Shown: positions 48,027-58,158 of the stretch, piece by piece
Layout of the letters: each line of letters starts with the position of its first letter
Position numbering within the stretch: the first letter of the stretch is position 1
Virus record (IMG/VR): IMGVR_UViG_3300025066_000019
Reading direction: 5' to 3' (one strand)
DNA length: 64,000 nucleotides
Source of the DNA: an uncultured virus (IMG/VR IMGVR_UViG_3300025066_000019)
Lineage: Duplodnaviria > Heunggongvirae > Uroviricota > Caudoviricetes
Program-made: the position numbers and the translations under genes
Notes under the pieces: model-generated
Told to the model about the DNA's origin: nothing
Databases searched by the model: none
The model's input: the letters and a program-made list of their open reading frames with translations, nothing else

Positions 48027-48305
48027 ATGGGAAAAGGACTTTTTAAAGTACTTGATTCTAGGTAATTTGGCAGCACTAACCGGATTTGCTGTCCTAGTTT
48101 TTGTACTTCATAAGATGCTACAATTACTATGATTAGAAGAATCCTCTTAGCGGTCCTTGAGATTCTCTGGGAAGAAGTTCCGTTCCTTGTCACAGTAACC
48201 ATTATTCTATGGATTCTGGGAGTTCTAATACTATGCTAAATCAAACTGAGTACACTCTTCTCTTACTTGTGTGTATTACTCTAGGTGTACAAATAATAAT
48301 CAACA

Positions 48306-48542
48306 TCATTTGCCCAGACGGCGGCGAAGACCGTTAGATTCTCTCACATGTAGGTCACGCTGACCACGAACCATCTTTAGTCTAGCCTTGAGACCTTCTA
48401 TTCTATTAATAGAGTCGCTCATTAAAGCCGAGAAGTGGCAGCATTCACACACATGTCCAACGTCGGTGTCACATGTACAATGCCCAGGCTTATTGAAGTA
48501 GTCACGAGCCTGTTTAAGTTCTTCTATTAGTTCTTCCTTCAT
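48306..48542 (-). CDS. Hypothetical Cys-rich protein
   Basis: AAGGTG RBS; downstream of tRNA-Gln unit. Confidence 0.55.
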   Translation of the reverse strand: MKEELIEELKQARDYFNKPGHCTCDTDVGHVCECCHFSALMSDSINRIEGLKARLKMVRGQRDLHVRESNGLRRRLGK

Positions 48543-48845
48543 GTCTCACCTTATTTCCCAAGGTCGTTAGTGTATAAAAGAAAACGCCCCGATTAAGGAG
48601 CGTTGACCTAATGCTGACTACGGTAAGTGAATGTCACATTAGGGAGTTTCGTATTTAGACTCGCCATTACTCACTTACACTAGGAATACATCGGTCGTCC
48701 TAGGAGAGGTGTTCGAGTATGATAACTGCCAAAAAAACCGATATTGGTGTGCGTTCAGAGGTCCGACACATTGTGTAAGAACTAAATCCTACAATCACTG
48801 TCATACCTGTGACACCCTCCAAAGTATTCGGTAAGGGGGGCAGAG

Positions 48846-48916
48846 CTACTCGACTAGGATTTGAACCTAGACAAAGACCTTCAGAGAGTCTTGTGCTACC
48901 GTTACACCATCGAGTA
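48846..48916 (-). tRNA. tRNA-Gln(CTG)
   Basis: Full cloverleaf TACTCGA/TCGAGTA, loop CTCTGAA; CCA not encoded. Confidence 0.9.
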
Positions 48917-48991
48917 TCAAAAATGTCATACACTTAGTCCGAGCAGAGCTAACATGGAGTGGAAGGTGCAAATACTAAGGAATATGACAAG

Positions 48992-49063
48992 CAGTTCACC
49001 TAGGAGTCGAACCTAGTCTTTAAGCTTCAAAAACTCGCGTGCTGACCATTACACTAGTGAACT
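48992..49063 (-). tRNA. tRNA-Gln(TTG)
   Basis: Cloverleaf AGTTCAC/GTGAACT, loop TTTTGAA, weak anticodon stem; CCA not encoded. Confidence 0.8.
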
Positions 49064-49125
49064 AAATGCCGACTTTTGGTTACCGGAGTCGCCAACCGGG
49101 AAGGAAGCGTTGTTGTCGCTACTAA

Positions 49126-49200
49126 TATTATAGCTTTGAAACCCGAAAAGGTCAAGTGATTTAGAAAAAAGTTGACAAATGGCTGTTTGGGTCGTATGAT
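49126..49200. promoter_or_regulatory. Divergent sigma70 promoters (tRNA unit leftward, nuclease rightward)
   Basis: Minus TTGACC-17-TATAAT; plus TTGACA-17-TATGAT with ATG 5 nt downstream (likely leaderless). Confidence 0.75.
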
Positions 49201-49205
49201 AGAGT

Positions 49206-49661
49206 ATGAGAAGCAAGAAAATATCCCCGAGGCAGAGAACAGAGAGGATTCAGACCCTTCTGGGCAGCGATAAGTACGAAAAAGTTAAGCCTTATGATGT
49301 TCGTATAAAACACAGCCCTGGACATAAGGAGTTTGATTTTCAAGCTTATATCTGGGCATCCCTAAGAAAAAAGGGGTGGGATGTCAGAGGTGAAGTTTTA
49401 GTAAAAACACCAGACGGTAATATAATACTAGACCTAGTTGTTTTTAACTCAAATAAAATACCTGTACGGATAATAGAGGTAAAAACAAACAGAGGTATGA
49501 AAAAACCTATACTTGTAAGCAATCAGGTAAACCAACAAAGACGATTAGGTCTTGGGGTAGACCTTCTTGCTGGCAAAAAAAGAATAAAAAAGTATATAGA
49601 ATCATGGCCTATTTTTGGAGAAGGTAAGATACCTGACCCTCACTTCGACGCTATAAAATAA
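49206..49661 (+). CDS. PD-(D/E)XK nuclease-like protein
   Basis: GEV...LDLVV...IIEVK; Lys-rich, AT-rich. Confidence 0.65.
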   Translation: MRSKKISPRQRTERIQTLLGSDKYEKVKPYDVRIKHSPGHKEFDFQAYIWASLRKKGWDVRGEVLVKTPDGNIILDLVVFNSNKIPVRIIEVKTNRGMKKPILVSNQVNQQRRLGLGVDLLAGKKRIKKYIESWPIFGEGKIPDPHFDAIK

Positions 49662-50175
49662 ATCGGCCAAGGGGATAGCTTGTCACCCCTCACACGCTCT
49701 GTTGCGACCCTCAACGCCCCCTGGGCGGACAAGACGACGATTATACGGCACGAATGAAACGTATTAATGGTCGAGTAGCGATGTGCTTGCTATTGCCCCG
49801 CCTAACAGTATAGGCATCTTCGTATAAATGGTCTTTTATGCGTTTTTAGAATCGCTCTTTCTCCCAGACTTAGTCCCAAATTGAAATGATGAGCTTATGC
49901 TTACTGAACTGCCCTTAGAGGCTTCGATTGACGATAACCGGGGAAGAGACCATTGCTATTATATCTCCACGCAGAGTTGACTTACCAGTGTAAGACGCAT
50001 CGGGTATAGCCGAAGAGAGGTTAAAACAACCTAGTGAGAATTCTCCGAAGTGGGTTGACAGAATCCGCTGCCGATGGTAAGATACCTCACATAGCTGGCG
50101 ACGTGCCAATGAATTAAAGCTTAACAAGAGAAGAATCTCTTAGACTCTACTGTTTCTATAAGGAAAGACACTACA

Positions 50176-50415
50176 ATGCGTGACATGACTACTCTAATTG
50201 GCTGTATGCTGTGCTTGATTCCGAAAGAGGACAACCTTGGGCTCTACGAAGAGTTGGAGGAGATTAAGGATAGTTCAATGTATCAACCTCCTGAGTCAAC
50301 GCTCTGTGTGGAACGTGTTGGCGAATTGCTTTATGAGGAATTAGGTGCTACTCCTCCTACTTCTGGGTGGCAGGGTGATGTCGCTAAAATTTGGATGGGA
50401 AAGGGGACACCATAG
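50176..50415 (+). CDS. Hypothetical protein
   Basis: AAGGA RBS. Confidence 0.6.
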   Translation: MRDMTTLIGCMLCLIPKEDNLGLYEELEEIKDSSMYQPPESTLCVERVGELLYEELGATPPTSGWQGDVAKIWMGKGTP

Positions 50416-50486
50416 GTTGACGAAATCTAGGTGAGAAGCTAAGATAGAATAGACATTCAATTCCCTCAATCCTAACGGAGTAGCCC

Positions 50487-50771
50487 ATGAAAACCATCTG
50501 GAAGTTTAAGATTCCTTCTACTACTTACCCAAATATCACAATGCCAACAGGAGCAGAAATCCTCTCCGTAGGAGTCCAAAACAATGAGGGGTATGTCTGG
50601 GTTAGATGCTCAGGAGAAAAGGGGGCGAGCATGGAGATTCGCAAGTTTGTCCTTGTTGGTACAGGAAGAGAGTGTCCTGGTGACACAGGTGAATATCTCG
50701 GTACTATCCATACGGAAGCAAATCCTAATATTCACCATGTTAATCACCTATTTGAAAGAATCGCTCGCTAA
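50487..50771 (+). CDS. Hypothetical phage protein
   Basis: MKTIWKF...ILSVGVQ...GTG...YLGT. Confidence 0.7.
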   Translation: MKTIWKFKIPSTTYPNITMPTGAEILSVGVQNNEGYVWVRCSGEKGASMEIRKFVLVGTGRECPGDTGEYLGTIHTEANPNIHHVNHLFERIAR

Positions 50772-51034
50772 TGAACTATCAAGTCAATAAGAAGTTATAC
50801 TATCTTATAGAAGAGATAACTGATGTAGAAAGCTTTTATGAGTTTCTTAGACTGAACAAAAGATTAAAAGTTAGATGCCTTGTCACTATCAGTGGTTATG
50901 ACAGTAATCACCATTCGATTAGTATGTGGCGAGGCAATAACAAGGTAGAAGTAAAGGAAACTAACAACTGTGATGTTTGGAATACTGTTCGCACAGGACT
51001 TCGTACCCTTTTAGGAGTATCTCATAATGGATAG
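50771..51034 (+). CDS. Hypothetical protein
   Basis: Coupled ORF. Confidence 0.55.
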   Translation: MNYQVNKKLYYLIEEITDVESFYEFLRLNKRLKVRCLVTISGYDSNHHSISMWRGNNKVEVKETNNCDVWNTVRTGLRTLLGVSHNG

Positions 51035-51230
51035 TGTAGGAAAACATGTAAGCAATCCTCACAAGGTAGACTTTTCAGACGACACCACCCCACCTGAATC
51101 CGAAACGGAGAAGAGGTTTCGCGGTTTAGAAGAAACGATTGCGGGTCTTAGCCACAGGATTGCGTTGCTTGAGAATGACCCGTATGTCTCACTTAACACC
51201 CCCAGGTCTCGTTTCCGAACCGAAAGTTGA
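51027..51230 (+). CDS. Hypothetical protein
   Basis: AGGAG RBS. Confidence 0.55.
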   Translation: MDSVGKHVSNPHKVDFSDDTTPPESETEKRFRGLEETIAGLSHRIALLENDPYVSLNTPRSRFRTES

Positions 51231-51261
51231 CAGATTAGCGACCATAAGGTAAAATGCTGAC

Positions 51262-51918
51262 ATGATTGACCCAAACAACATTGTAAATCGTGACTACACT
51301 GACGAGCAGTTGGAAGAACTTCTTATCTTCTGCATCTGTGTGGCTGGCAAAACCGCTTCTACTATTGCACCACGAGTGCATAAAATGCTTGAGGAAATGA
51401 AACGTCAAGCAATTCCTTTTGGTTACGGAAAACATACCAGTTATGACTATGGGTATGGACTAAAACCTCTTGGTGTTATTCGTAGATACCTAGAATTCCG
51501 TAATAAGGAAGGAAGCATGTCTGAGCGTCGTGACCTGTTAGCTAAAATGCTAAAGAAACACGGCATAGGAACAATGAAGATGAAGGCAACTTCTATCATT
51601 GAAGCGGCATATAGTTTTCACTGTGAAGACCTACGAAGTATTAAAGCCGACACGCTTGCCTCTTTTTACGGCATCGGCCCGAAGACTTCACGCTTCTTCA
51701 TCATGTGCTTTAAACCAGAGTCGAGGTATGCTGCGTTAGACACGCACATTTTGAAATTCTTAAAAGAGAAGGGGATAGAGAACGTCCCTAAGGTGACACC
51801 GGGTTCTCGCGTTGCTTATCGTAGGCTCGAAAAGGCCTTTCTTAAATTAGTGCCAGAGGGTAAGACCCCAGGCGAATTCGACTTAGAGGTATGGAAGAGT
51901 TATGCCTTGACAGATTAA
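51262..51918 (+). CDS. HhH-GPD DNA glycosylase (8-oxoguanine glycosylase-like)
   Basis: HhH GIGPKTSRFF, ALDTHIL, Y..LE..F, FDL.VW. Confidence 0.8.
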   Translation: MIDPNNIVNRDYTDEQLEELLIFCICVAGKTASTIAPRVHKMLEEMKRQAIPFGYGKHTSYDYGYGLKPLGVIRRYLEFRNKEGSMSERRDLLAKMLKKHGIGTMKMKATSIIEAAYSFHCEDLRSIKADTLASFYGIGPKTSRFFIMCFKPESRYAALDTHILKFLKEKGIENVPKVTPGSRVAYRRLEKAFLKLVPEGKTPGEFDLEVWKSYALTD

Positions 51919-51971
51919 CGAACAGTTGCTATAATGACGAGACAAACACAAAACCCACTAAGGAAAACAAA

Positions 51972-52181
51972 ATGAGATTTGACACAGTATTCGCAGTATT
52001 TGGCCCCGACACAGAAGATTGTAATGGTTCGCTTGTCGGCTGTACAATCAGCGTGTTCGTCGCCACAGAGATGATGGAAGAGGCACCCAGGGGTAGTGTA
52101 ATGGTCTATGTGGACGGTTCTCCTACCGACTCTTTAACCTACGAACAATTTCAAGATAAGTATTGTGAGGCAGTAAAGTGA
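51972..52181 (+). CDS. Hypothetical protein
   Basis: AAGGA RBS. Confidence 0.55.
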   Translation: MRFDTVFAVFGPDTEDCNGSLVGCTISVFVATEMMEEAPRGSVMVYVDGSPTDSLTYEQFQDKYCEAVK

Positions 52182-52305
52182 TATTGTTCGGGTGTCCAAT
52201 CTGTGGTTGGATTATTGAAACGTGGGTGATTGCAACCCTTGCTGGAAGTGGAGGCTTAGCCGCTCTAGCCTCCCTCATAAACAAAGTTCTAAAGAGAAAG
52301 GGTAA

Positions 52306-52506
52306 ATGCAAATGCTCAAAATCTTAATGTGGGTGCCGGGGTTGTTCTGGCTATTTCCGTTTTGGTTGATTATCTCAGTAATAAGTGAGGCAAGGGGTAA
52401 TTACCAAGAACCTCCTAGTGAGTCCTTTATTAAGTTTTATACTTTTTACAGTGCCGTTCAGTCATTTATAATCGCTCTTTTTTTAGGAATTTGGATTAGC
52501 TCATAA
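52306..52506 (+). CDS. Small membrane protein
   Basis: Two hydrophobic segments. Confidence 0.55.
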   Translation: MQMLKILMWVPGLFWLFPFWLIISVISEARGNYQEPPSESFIKFYTFYSAVQSFIIALFLGIWISS

Positions 52507-52663
52507 TGTACCACACCGGAAAAAACGGACATCCAGAAACCCTAGCTAGGCATGAAACTCTAGATGCCGCTAGGAACAGACTTGACTATATTGAAAACAA
52601 TGTGGACCCAGAGGGTATCGCCCGAGGCGATTGGTATCTCGATGTCCCCCAGGAAGAATCATA

Positions 52664-53029
52664 ATGGGCTACACACAGAAACAATTCGATAAGCTACCTA
52701 AGTGGGCTCAGTCTGAGATTAGCAGGCTTAAGGCTAATAATGAATACCATAAAGACCGGCTTGCGTCGGTAGTTGGAGGAGACACAAAAACATCTAGTGT
52801 CTGCCTGCGAACTGGCTATGAAGAGAAAGATATTTGCCTGCCAGAGCATTCTCATATAATTATGAGAGACAGTAAGGGGTGTGAGTTTGATATTTCTGTT
52901 GATAATAGCTCTGTATATAGTCAAGGAGTAGAGATTAGGGCAAAGACCGTTAAGGGGTTTACTGGCACTTTACTGGTTAAACCCGTTTGTTCTAACGTGG
53001 TTAATGTCGTAGGGGAAAAGAGAGAATGA
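52664..53029 (+). CDS. Hypothetical protein
   Basis: KLPKWAQ motif; AGGA RBS. Confidence 0.65.
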   Translation: MGYTQKQFDKLPKWAQSEISRLKANNEYHKDRLASVVGGDTKTSSVCLRTGYEEKDICLPEHSHIIMRDSKGCEFDISVDNSSVYSQGVEIRAKTVKGFTGTLLVKPVCSNVVNVVGEKRE

Positions 53030-53262
53030 AAAAAGTAGTTGATGTTTTATTGGGAATAACTGCTGCAATCTGTTTCATAGCGTTCCTCTCTATTCGTGTT
53101 TGGCTTGAATGGTGGGCACCTGTCCCAGAGGCGTCGTCTCGTGCGTTAGTTGACTGGGTAATGTTTTGGGAATACCTTCCTTATGAGATTACCTCTTATG
53201 TGTTGATTCTTACGACCGTTTGTATCTGTGGGTTTTTAGGAATGCGGAGCAACTTTGACTAA
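53026..53262 (+). CDS. Small membrane protein
   Basis: Two hydrophobic segments, ATGA overlap. Confidence 0.6.
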   Translation: MKKVVDVLLGITAAICFIAFLSIRVWLEWWAPVPEASSRALVDWVMFWEYLPYEITSYVLILTTVCICGFLGMRSNFD

Positions 53263-53569
53263 ATTAAAAGTAGGTGATATACTAACCTCAACGCCCGATG
53301 GTGAGTATCGAGTAGGCAAGAAGGCGACCTTGGTCGGCTGGCTCAAAGAGTTGTATCTGTTTGGTGACTGCAAGGGTGACAACTTTCAAATCACTGATGC
53401 GAACAGGAAGAGGTACGTCAAGGCTTGCGACATCTTACGTGGTCATGCTGGATTATCTAAAAGAACAAGGTCTAACATAGCAGACGCAGACCTACACGAT
53501 TACGAAGAGAAGATAACGAATAAGAAGGTTGTATCTTTACTTAATAAGACAATAAAGGATATGGAATGA
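53255..53569 (+). CDS. Hypothetical protein
   Basis: GGAG RBS, TTG start. Confidence 0.6.
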   Translation: MTKLKVGDILTSTPDGEYRVGKKATLVGWLKELYLFGDCKGDNFQITDANRKRYVKACDILRGHAGLSKRTRSNIADADLHDYEEKITNKKVVSLLNKTIKDME

Positions 53570-53799
53570 AAACTTGTATAGCAATTTTTCTAGCGACGGT
53601 GTTTGTAATTGGATGTTCAGTGGGGACACAGGCTAAGACGAAGTCTTGGGCGGTCCAACATGGCACTGTCAGAAATACACATATTGTGACGTTTGAAGTT
53701 AAGGGGCATGAATATATATTAGCAAATAAACAATGGCAAGATGGTGGGGACTCTTTGCTTCACTCTGCAAGTTGTCCTTGTCACAATAAGGATAAGTAA
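53566..53799 (+). CDS. Small putative lipoprotein
   Basis: Hydrophobic leader VIG-C; HSASCPC tail. Confidence 0.55.
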   Translation: MKTCIAIFLATVFVIGCSVGTQAKTKSWAVQHGTVRNTHIVTFEVKGHEYILANKQWQDGGDSLLHSASCPCHNKDK

Positions 53800-53968
53800 T
53801 GGGACAATTAACAGAAAGACATATGCTAGACCGCATTCGAAAGCTAGAGGAGATATGCGAAGGTCAAAACAATCTTCTTATGGATTATCACGTCCGTATT
53901 GCTGTGCTAGAAAAGAAGATGGACCTTACTAAAAAATACCTGGGTGATATGGCGGAGATAATAAAACT

Positions 53969-54679
53969 ATGAGAAAAGTAATCAGCTATTCCCTCTGGGG
54001 AAAATCAAAACTGTATTGTCAAGGTGCCATTGAGAACGTCAAGCTCTCGGCTGAGCATTACCCTGGTTGGATTAACCGTTTTTATATAGCCGCAGACTGC
54101 CCTGCTACCAACCATCTTAGGGGCCTGCCTAATGTTGAATTACAAATCATGCCTCCTATGGAGGGTGTTGATAGGACACAGGAGAATCACGTTTGGCACA
54201 ACAACCCGTCTAACAATGCGATGATGTGGCGTTTCTCTGCCATTGATGACTGTAGTGCGGACTATGTTATCTTTCGTGACACTGACTCTCGGCTTAACCC
54301 TCGTGGTGCTGCTGCGGTAGAGGAATGGATTAAGTCTGGTAAGTATGCCCATCGTATGCATGAGTGTAAGGAACACTGGAATGCGTTGATGATGGGAGGA
54401 ATGTGGGGAATCAAGGGTGGAAAACTAATAAGAAACCACACAATAAAGGAGTGTTATGAGGCTTATGTTGACCCAACGAATTTATTTGGTTTCTATCGGC
54501 TAGGAGAACCCACTATTTTTGTAGACCTTTACTTTATCAAGGATACCATCTGGCCTATGGTGAAGAACGACTGTATGGGGCATGGTTATGGTCATCCTCT
54601 TAACTTCCCTCCTGTCAGGTATGATGGTAAAGTAGGAGATGTTGCCAATGAGGAATGGAGAAAGGAAGACTTCAAGTGA
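53969..54679 (+). CDS. Putative glycosyltransferase-like protein
   Basis: ISYSLWG, MWRF, RDTDSR (DxD), MGGMWG. Confidence 0.6.
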   Translation: MRKVISYSLWGKSKLYCQGAIENVKLSAEHYPGWINRFYIAADCPATNHLRGLPNVELQIMPPMEGVDRTQENHVWHNNPSNNAMMWRFSAIDDCSADYVIFRDTDSRLNPRGAAAVEEWIKSGKYAHRMHECKEHWNALMMGGMWGIKGGKLIRNHTIKECYEAYVDPTNLFGFYRLGEPTIFVDLYFIKDTIWPMVKNDCMGHGYGHPLNFPPVRYDGKVGDVANEEWRKEDFK

Positions 54680-55158
54680 TATATCTATCTAACGTAGGCA
54701 TTAGTCAAAACTCACTTCGTAATCCACTGTCTGTGGTTCCAATGAGTCAGTACGTTTCCGAAGGAGGTTTATTTAATAGAACAACCCTTCCGAAGGAAGC
54801 ACCACTAATTTCTATCGCTAGGTTTGAAGATGGTTACCAGATGATTCGTGATGGTCACCATCGTGCTTGTGCAATGCTCATTGGTGGCAGAAAGTATATT
54901 GACTGGTCGGAGTACCTGATTGAACACTACACATATAAACGATATAACAGTGTAAACTACTCAGCAGGATGGGTTACCCCCATCGACCCAATCACTGAAG
55001 TAAGAATTGGAGACTTAAAAGACTGGAAGCAAAGAGTTAAGCAAATCTGGGATACTCAAAGTCCCCAACATGCAATTCACCTAATCAACACCAGACGGGA
55101 TTTATACTCTAGTAAGAAAGAGTTTGATACCATCGAGTCACTATCAGAAAGAATGTAA
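54676..55158 (+). CDS. ParB/sulfiredoxin-like domain protein
   Basis: IRDGHHRA motif. Confidence 0.6.
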   Translation: MIYLSNVGISQNSLRNPLSVVPMSQYVSEGGLFNRTTLPKEAPLISIARFEDGYQMIRDGHHRACAMLIGGRKYIDWSEYLIEHYTYKRYNSVNYSAGWVTPIDPITEVRIGDLKDWKQRVKQIWDTQSPQHAIHLINTRRDLYSSKKEFDTIESLSERM

Positions 55159-55709
55159 TGAAGAGAGAAACAGTAGCAGAAAATAAATGGATGGGTATGT
55201 ATCAGATTCTAGATGATAGACCCTATACCTACGCCAGTCGTCGTCCAGTTGGTAAACAACACATGGATGGTGGTCAAACCGCCGATGCCGTAACCGTGAT
55301 TGCCTTACATGGTGAAGAGATTGTCTTTATCAAGAATAATAATCGTCCTGTGATTGGTGAGCCCCAGTTGGAACTTCCCGCTGGAATGATTGATGAAGGC
55401 GAGACAGTGATGGAGGCAGGTATTCGTGAACTTAAGGAAGAGACCGGATTAACCTTTAATGAAGAAGATAATCCTCTGGTTATCCCCAAGTGTTTTAAGT
55501 CGGCAGGTTTCACTGACGAGAGTACAGGTCTGCTTATCGGCTCTTGTTTTGGAGAACCATCGAAAGAATTCCAAGAAGATAATGAAGATATTGATGTTAT
55601 CATCTGTGGACCACAAGACCTAAAGCGTATCATTGAGGAAGAAGGATGTCAGATGTCTATTTCTGTAGGTATCTTTTATGCGATTGCAACTTCTCGATAC
55701 CCCTCTTGA
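55158..55709 (+). CDS. Nudix hydrolase (ADP-ribose pyrophosphatase-like)
   Basis: Nudix box ELPAGMIDEGETVMEAGIRELKEETG. Confidence 0.9.
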   Translation: MKRETVAENKWMGMYQILDDRPYTYASRRPVGKQHMDGGQTADAVTVIALHGEEIVFIKNNNRPVIGEPQLELPAGMIDEGETVMEAGIRELKEETGLTFNEEDNPLVIPKCFKSAGFTDESTGLLIGSCFGEPSKEFQEDNEDIDVIICGPQDLKRIIEEEGCQMSISVGIFYAIATSRYPS

Positions 55710-55777
55710 CAAACCAACGACCCTTTGCTATAATATTCATATAACAACCTGTGACCTTTAACGAGTGAGGAAACGAA

Positions 55778-56101
55778 ATGGGCAAGTATGCCGATTCAAT
55801 CAAAGCTTCGCGGCAACACATGTCGCCACAAAAAATCGCGGAAGAGAAGAACGCGAGGTGTCGGGCACGTAATGCCCAACGACGCAAGGAAGTACAGGAG
55901 GAAGTTAGTGAGCGATTGCTACACTGGCAGTCTCTTTCTCTTGAGCAACAGTTGGAGCAGTTAGATGCTCGACTGGGGAAGGACGTGGGGGCTGTTAAGC
56001 AGCGAGCCCGCATTCTCCACTCTATCGCTGATAGAGCCAACAAGGCTATTGCCAATGACGAGGCTCGTCGTGCTAAGAAGAAAAAGAAGAAAAAGAAATG
56101 A
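55778..56101 (+). CDS. Hypothetical basic helical protein
   Basis: GAGG RBS after promoter; poly-Lys tail. Confidence 0.65.
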   Translation: MGKYADSIKASRQHMSPQKIAEEKNARCRARNAQRRKEVQEEVSERLLHWQSLSLEQQLEQLDARLGKDVGAVKQRARILHSIADRANKAIANDEARRAKKKKKKKK

Positions 56102-56424
56102 GCAAGTGGTATATAACCTCTGGTAGTATCAAGAGCATCATTACGTCTGACCACCCGTTGGACGCTGCTGCTGAGGCACTTAGTAAGGCCAAAGAAGGAA
56201 CCTTTGTAGAGAACTTTATCTATGTTGACCAACGTGGACATAGACCTCTCTCATGTGAACCATGGGCTGACGAGGATGGTATTCGTCATCCTACTGAAAA
56301 GTCTAGTGATGACTTAGTCACTAAGATTGGTGAACAGAATTACTTGGCTCCTCAGTTTGCTTATTCTACAGAAACAGTATTTGAAAGGATGGGTTGGAAT
56401 GCCAAGAGGGACAAAGACCTGTAA
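56098..56424 (+). CDS. Hypothetical protein
   Basis: ATGA overlap. Confidence 0.6.
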   Translation: MSKWYITSGSIKSIITSDHPLDAAAEALSKAKEGTFVENFIYVDQRGHRPLSCEPWADEDGIRHPTEKSSDDLVTKIGEQNYLAPQFAYSTETVFERMGWNAKRDKDL

Positions 56425-56902
56425 AAATCAATCCTGTGGTGCAGCTAATGGCCCAAGGTCATTCTTCTGCAAGGAATGTGGTGAACCTTTTGTGGTTAAA
56501 GGTAAGAAGTCAACGCCAATTATGAAGGCAGCGACCGATACCAATGACTACAAGGAACACTTCGACGAGATTGATTATAGCCGAGACGAGTCCAACGTCA
56601 GAAACTTTGACGGTACTGCTCGCTGCTGGGTTAGTAAGTGCGGCAAATTCCGCATTAGACAGTACAAGACCTTCCAGGGTATTGACGTAGGTCATTCTCG
56701 ACGTACTATTCTGGAGTCTAGGATTGAACACCCCGCTGAGTTCGGGCCTAAGTGGAAGATTGTCTCTCGTCATGTTGTCTTTAAGTCTGCTGGTCGTCGT
56801 TATGTAAGAATGGCACGACAACAAAAGATTAGGAAGACAGCAGAAGAACAACGTCAAGAAAGTTTTAATGCAAGACTGAGTCATCGTCTAACAAGAAAGT
56901 GA
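56399..56902 (+). CDS. Zinc-ribbon protein
   Basis: MPRGTKTCKNQSCG..NGPRSFFCKECG. Confidence 0.65.
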   Translation: MPRGTKTCKNQSCGAANGPRSFFCKECGEPFVVKGKKSTPIMKAATDTNDYKEHFDEIDYSRDESNVRNFDGTARCWVSKCGKFRIRQYKTFQGIDVGHSRRTILESRIEHPAEFGPKWKIVSRHVVFKSAGRRYVRMARQQKIRKTAEEQRQESFNARLSHRLTRK

Positions 56903-56906
56903 TACC

Positions 56907-57374
56907 ATGTTTAGACCCCTGGTGCTACTATTGTTATTATGTGCTACAGCCTTTTCTTATGACGGGAAGAATGAGAATCCCTACGTCGTTAAAGACAACA
57001 TAGATAAGGTTGAGAGAAACAATTTCTATGACGACGAGGGGAGACTGGTATTTGTCCAGTTTATTTTCTGGGAAGAAACCCCTCATTGGCATAGTCGCCC
57101 ATATAACGTAATGGCCTGGAGGCTAGACAAGGGAATCCCACGTCCTTCTTATATGTATGACACTGGTAGTGTTTATAGATATAGAATGATTTGGAATGAT
57201 GGCGGAACAATGAGAGACATCAGGTGTAAAATCTTTACAGAGACATGGACACAAGAGGATGTAGAGATACTTGAAAGAGAGTTTTTACCAAAAGAGCATC
57301 GGAAGGGGTTATTGAAACTCCGAAAGGCTCGTCCAGAAATACGTATGGAAGATTTACTTCTTCCTCCTAAGTAG
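56907..57374 (+). CDS. Secreted hypothetical protein
   Basis: Signal peptide MFRPLVLLLLLCATAFS. Confidence 0.65.
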   Translation: MFRPLVLLLLLCATAFSYDGKNENPYVVKDNIDKVERNNFYDDEGRLVFVQFIFWEETPHWHSRPYNVMAWRLDKGIPRPSYMYDTGSVYRYRMIWNDGGTMRDIRCKIFTETWTQEDVEILEREFLPKEHRKGLLKLRKARPEIRMEDLLLPPK

Positions 57375-57383
57375 GAAAATACC

Positions 57384-57692
57384 ATGGCATTAGACAGACA
57401 GGGTGAATGCCCAGAATGTGGAGTCAGTTGGGATGGTGGATGTATCTTCGAAACCTGTATCGCTGAAAATAATTGGCAAAAACACCACGATACAGAACAA
57501 GCGTATATTGCACATCTTAAAGAATTTTACAGTCCGCCGTATCGCTGGGGGAGAATGATTGGTATTCAACTAGGATACGACCACCCAAATCATTATGACG
57601 GGGTCTCTTACTGGCAATGCCCCGATTGCAAAGCTACCTGGAATCGTTTTACTGAAGAACTTGAGGAAATACCTAGACATGTTAAAGATTGA
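57384..57692 (+). CDS. Zinc-binding hypothetical protein
   Basis: CPEC...YDGVSYWQCPDC. Confidence 0.65.
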   Translation: MALDRQGECPECGVSWDGGCIFETCIAENNWQKHHDTEQAYIAHLKEFYSPPYRWGRMIGIQLGYDHPNHYDGVSYWQCPDCKATWNRFTEELEEIPRHVKD

Positions 57693-58152
57693 CATTGAAC
57701 ATCTACGACAGAAAGACCTAACAGATGTTTTAGCGATTGAAGAAGAAGCCCATGACTATCCTTGGTCGGCGGGTGACTTTAATAAACACGCTATGCACCT
57801 ATCCACTCGACAGTTTACAGCAACAGTAGACGGTGAGATTGTCGGCTATATTGCAATCAATACTGACAGAGAGAGGGTTAGGACTATTGAGAACATTGCT
57901 GTTCGTAAAGACATGAGAAGGAAAGGGATTGCGACATACTTAGTTAAGGAGACATGCGACTTTTTTCCAGAAGAGTTTGATATTGTTCAGGCAATGGTTA
58001 ATGAAACCAATGATGTTGCTATTGGATTCTTCAGTAAAGGAATTGGTTGCAAGGCTGTACTAGTTAAAGAACCCTACGAGGAAATCGACCGAGACGGATA
58101 CTTATTTTCACGATTCTGGAATGGAGATAGAGAACTTGTCGAGGCAAATTAA
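57679..58152 (+). CDS. GNAT acetyltransferase (RimI-like)
   Basis: IAVRKDMRRKGIA acetyl-CoA motif; VNETNDVAIGFF. Confidence 0.85.
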   Translation: MLKIDIEHLRQKDLTDVLAIEEEAHDYPWSAGDFNKHAMHLSTRQFTATVDGEIVGYIAINTDRERVRTIENIAVRKDMRRKGIATYLVKETCDFFPEEFDIVQAMVNETNDVAIGFFSKGIGCKAVLVKEPYEEIDRDGYLFSRFWNGDRELVEAN

Positions 58153-58158
58153 CATAAA

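Noticed and set aside
49662..50150. RNase P RNA or group I intron
   Set aside because: Could not find the GAGGAAAGTCC RNase P motif or group I core elements by eye
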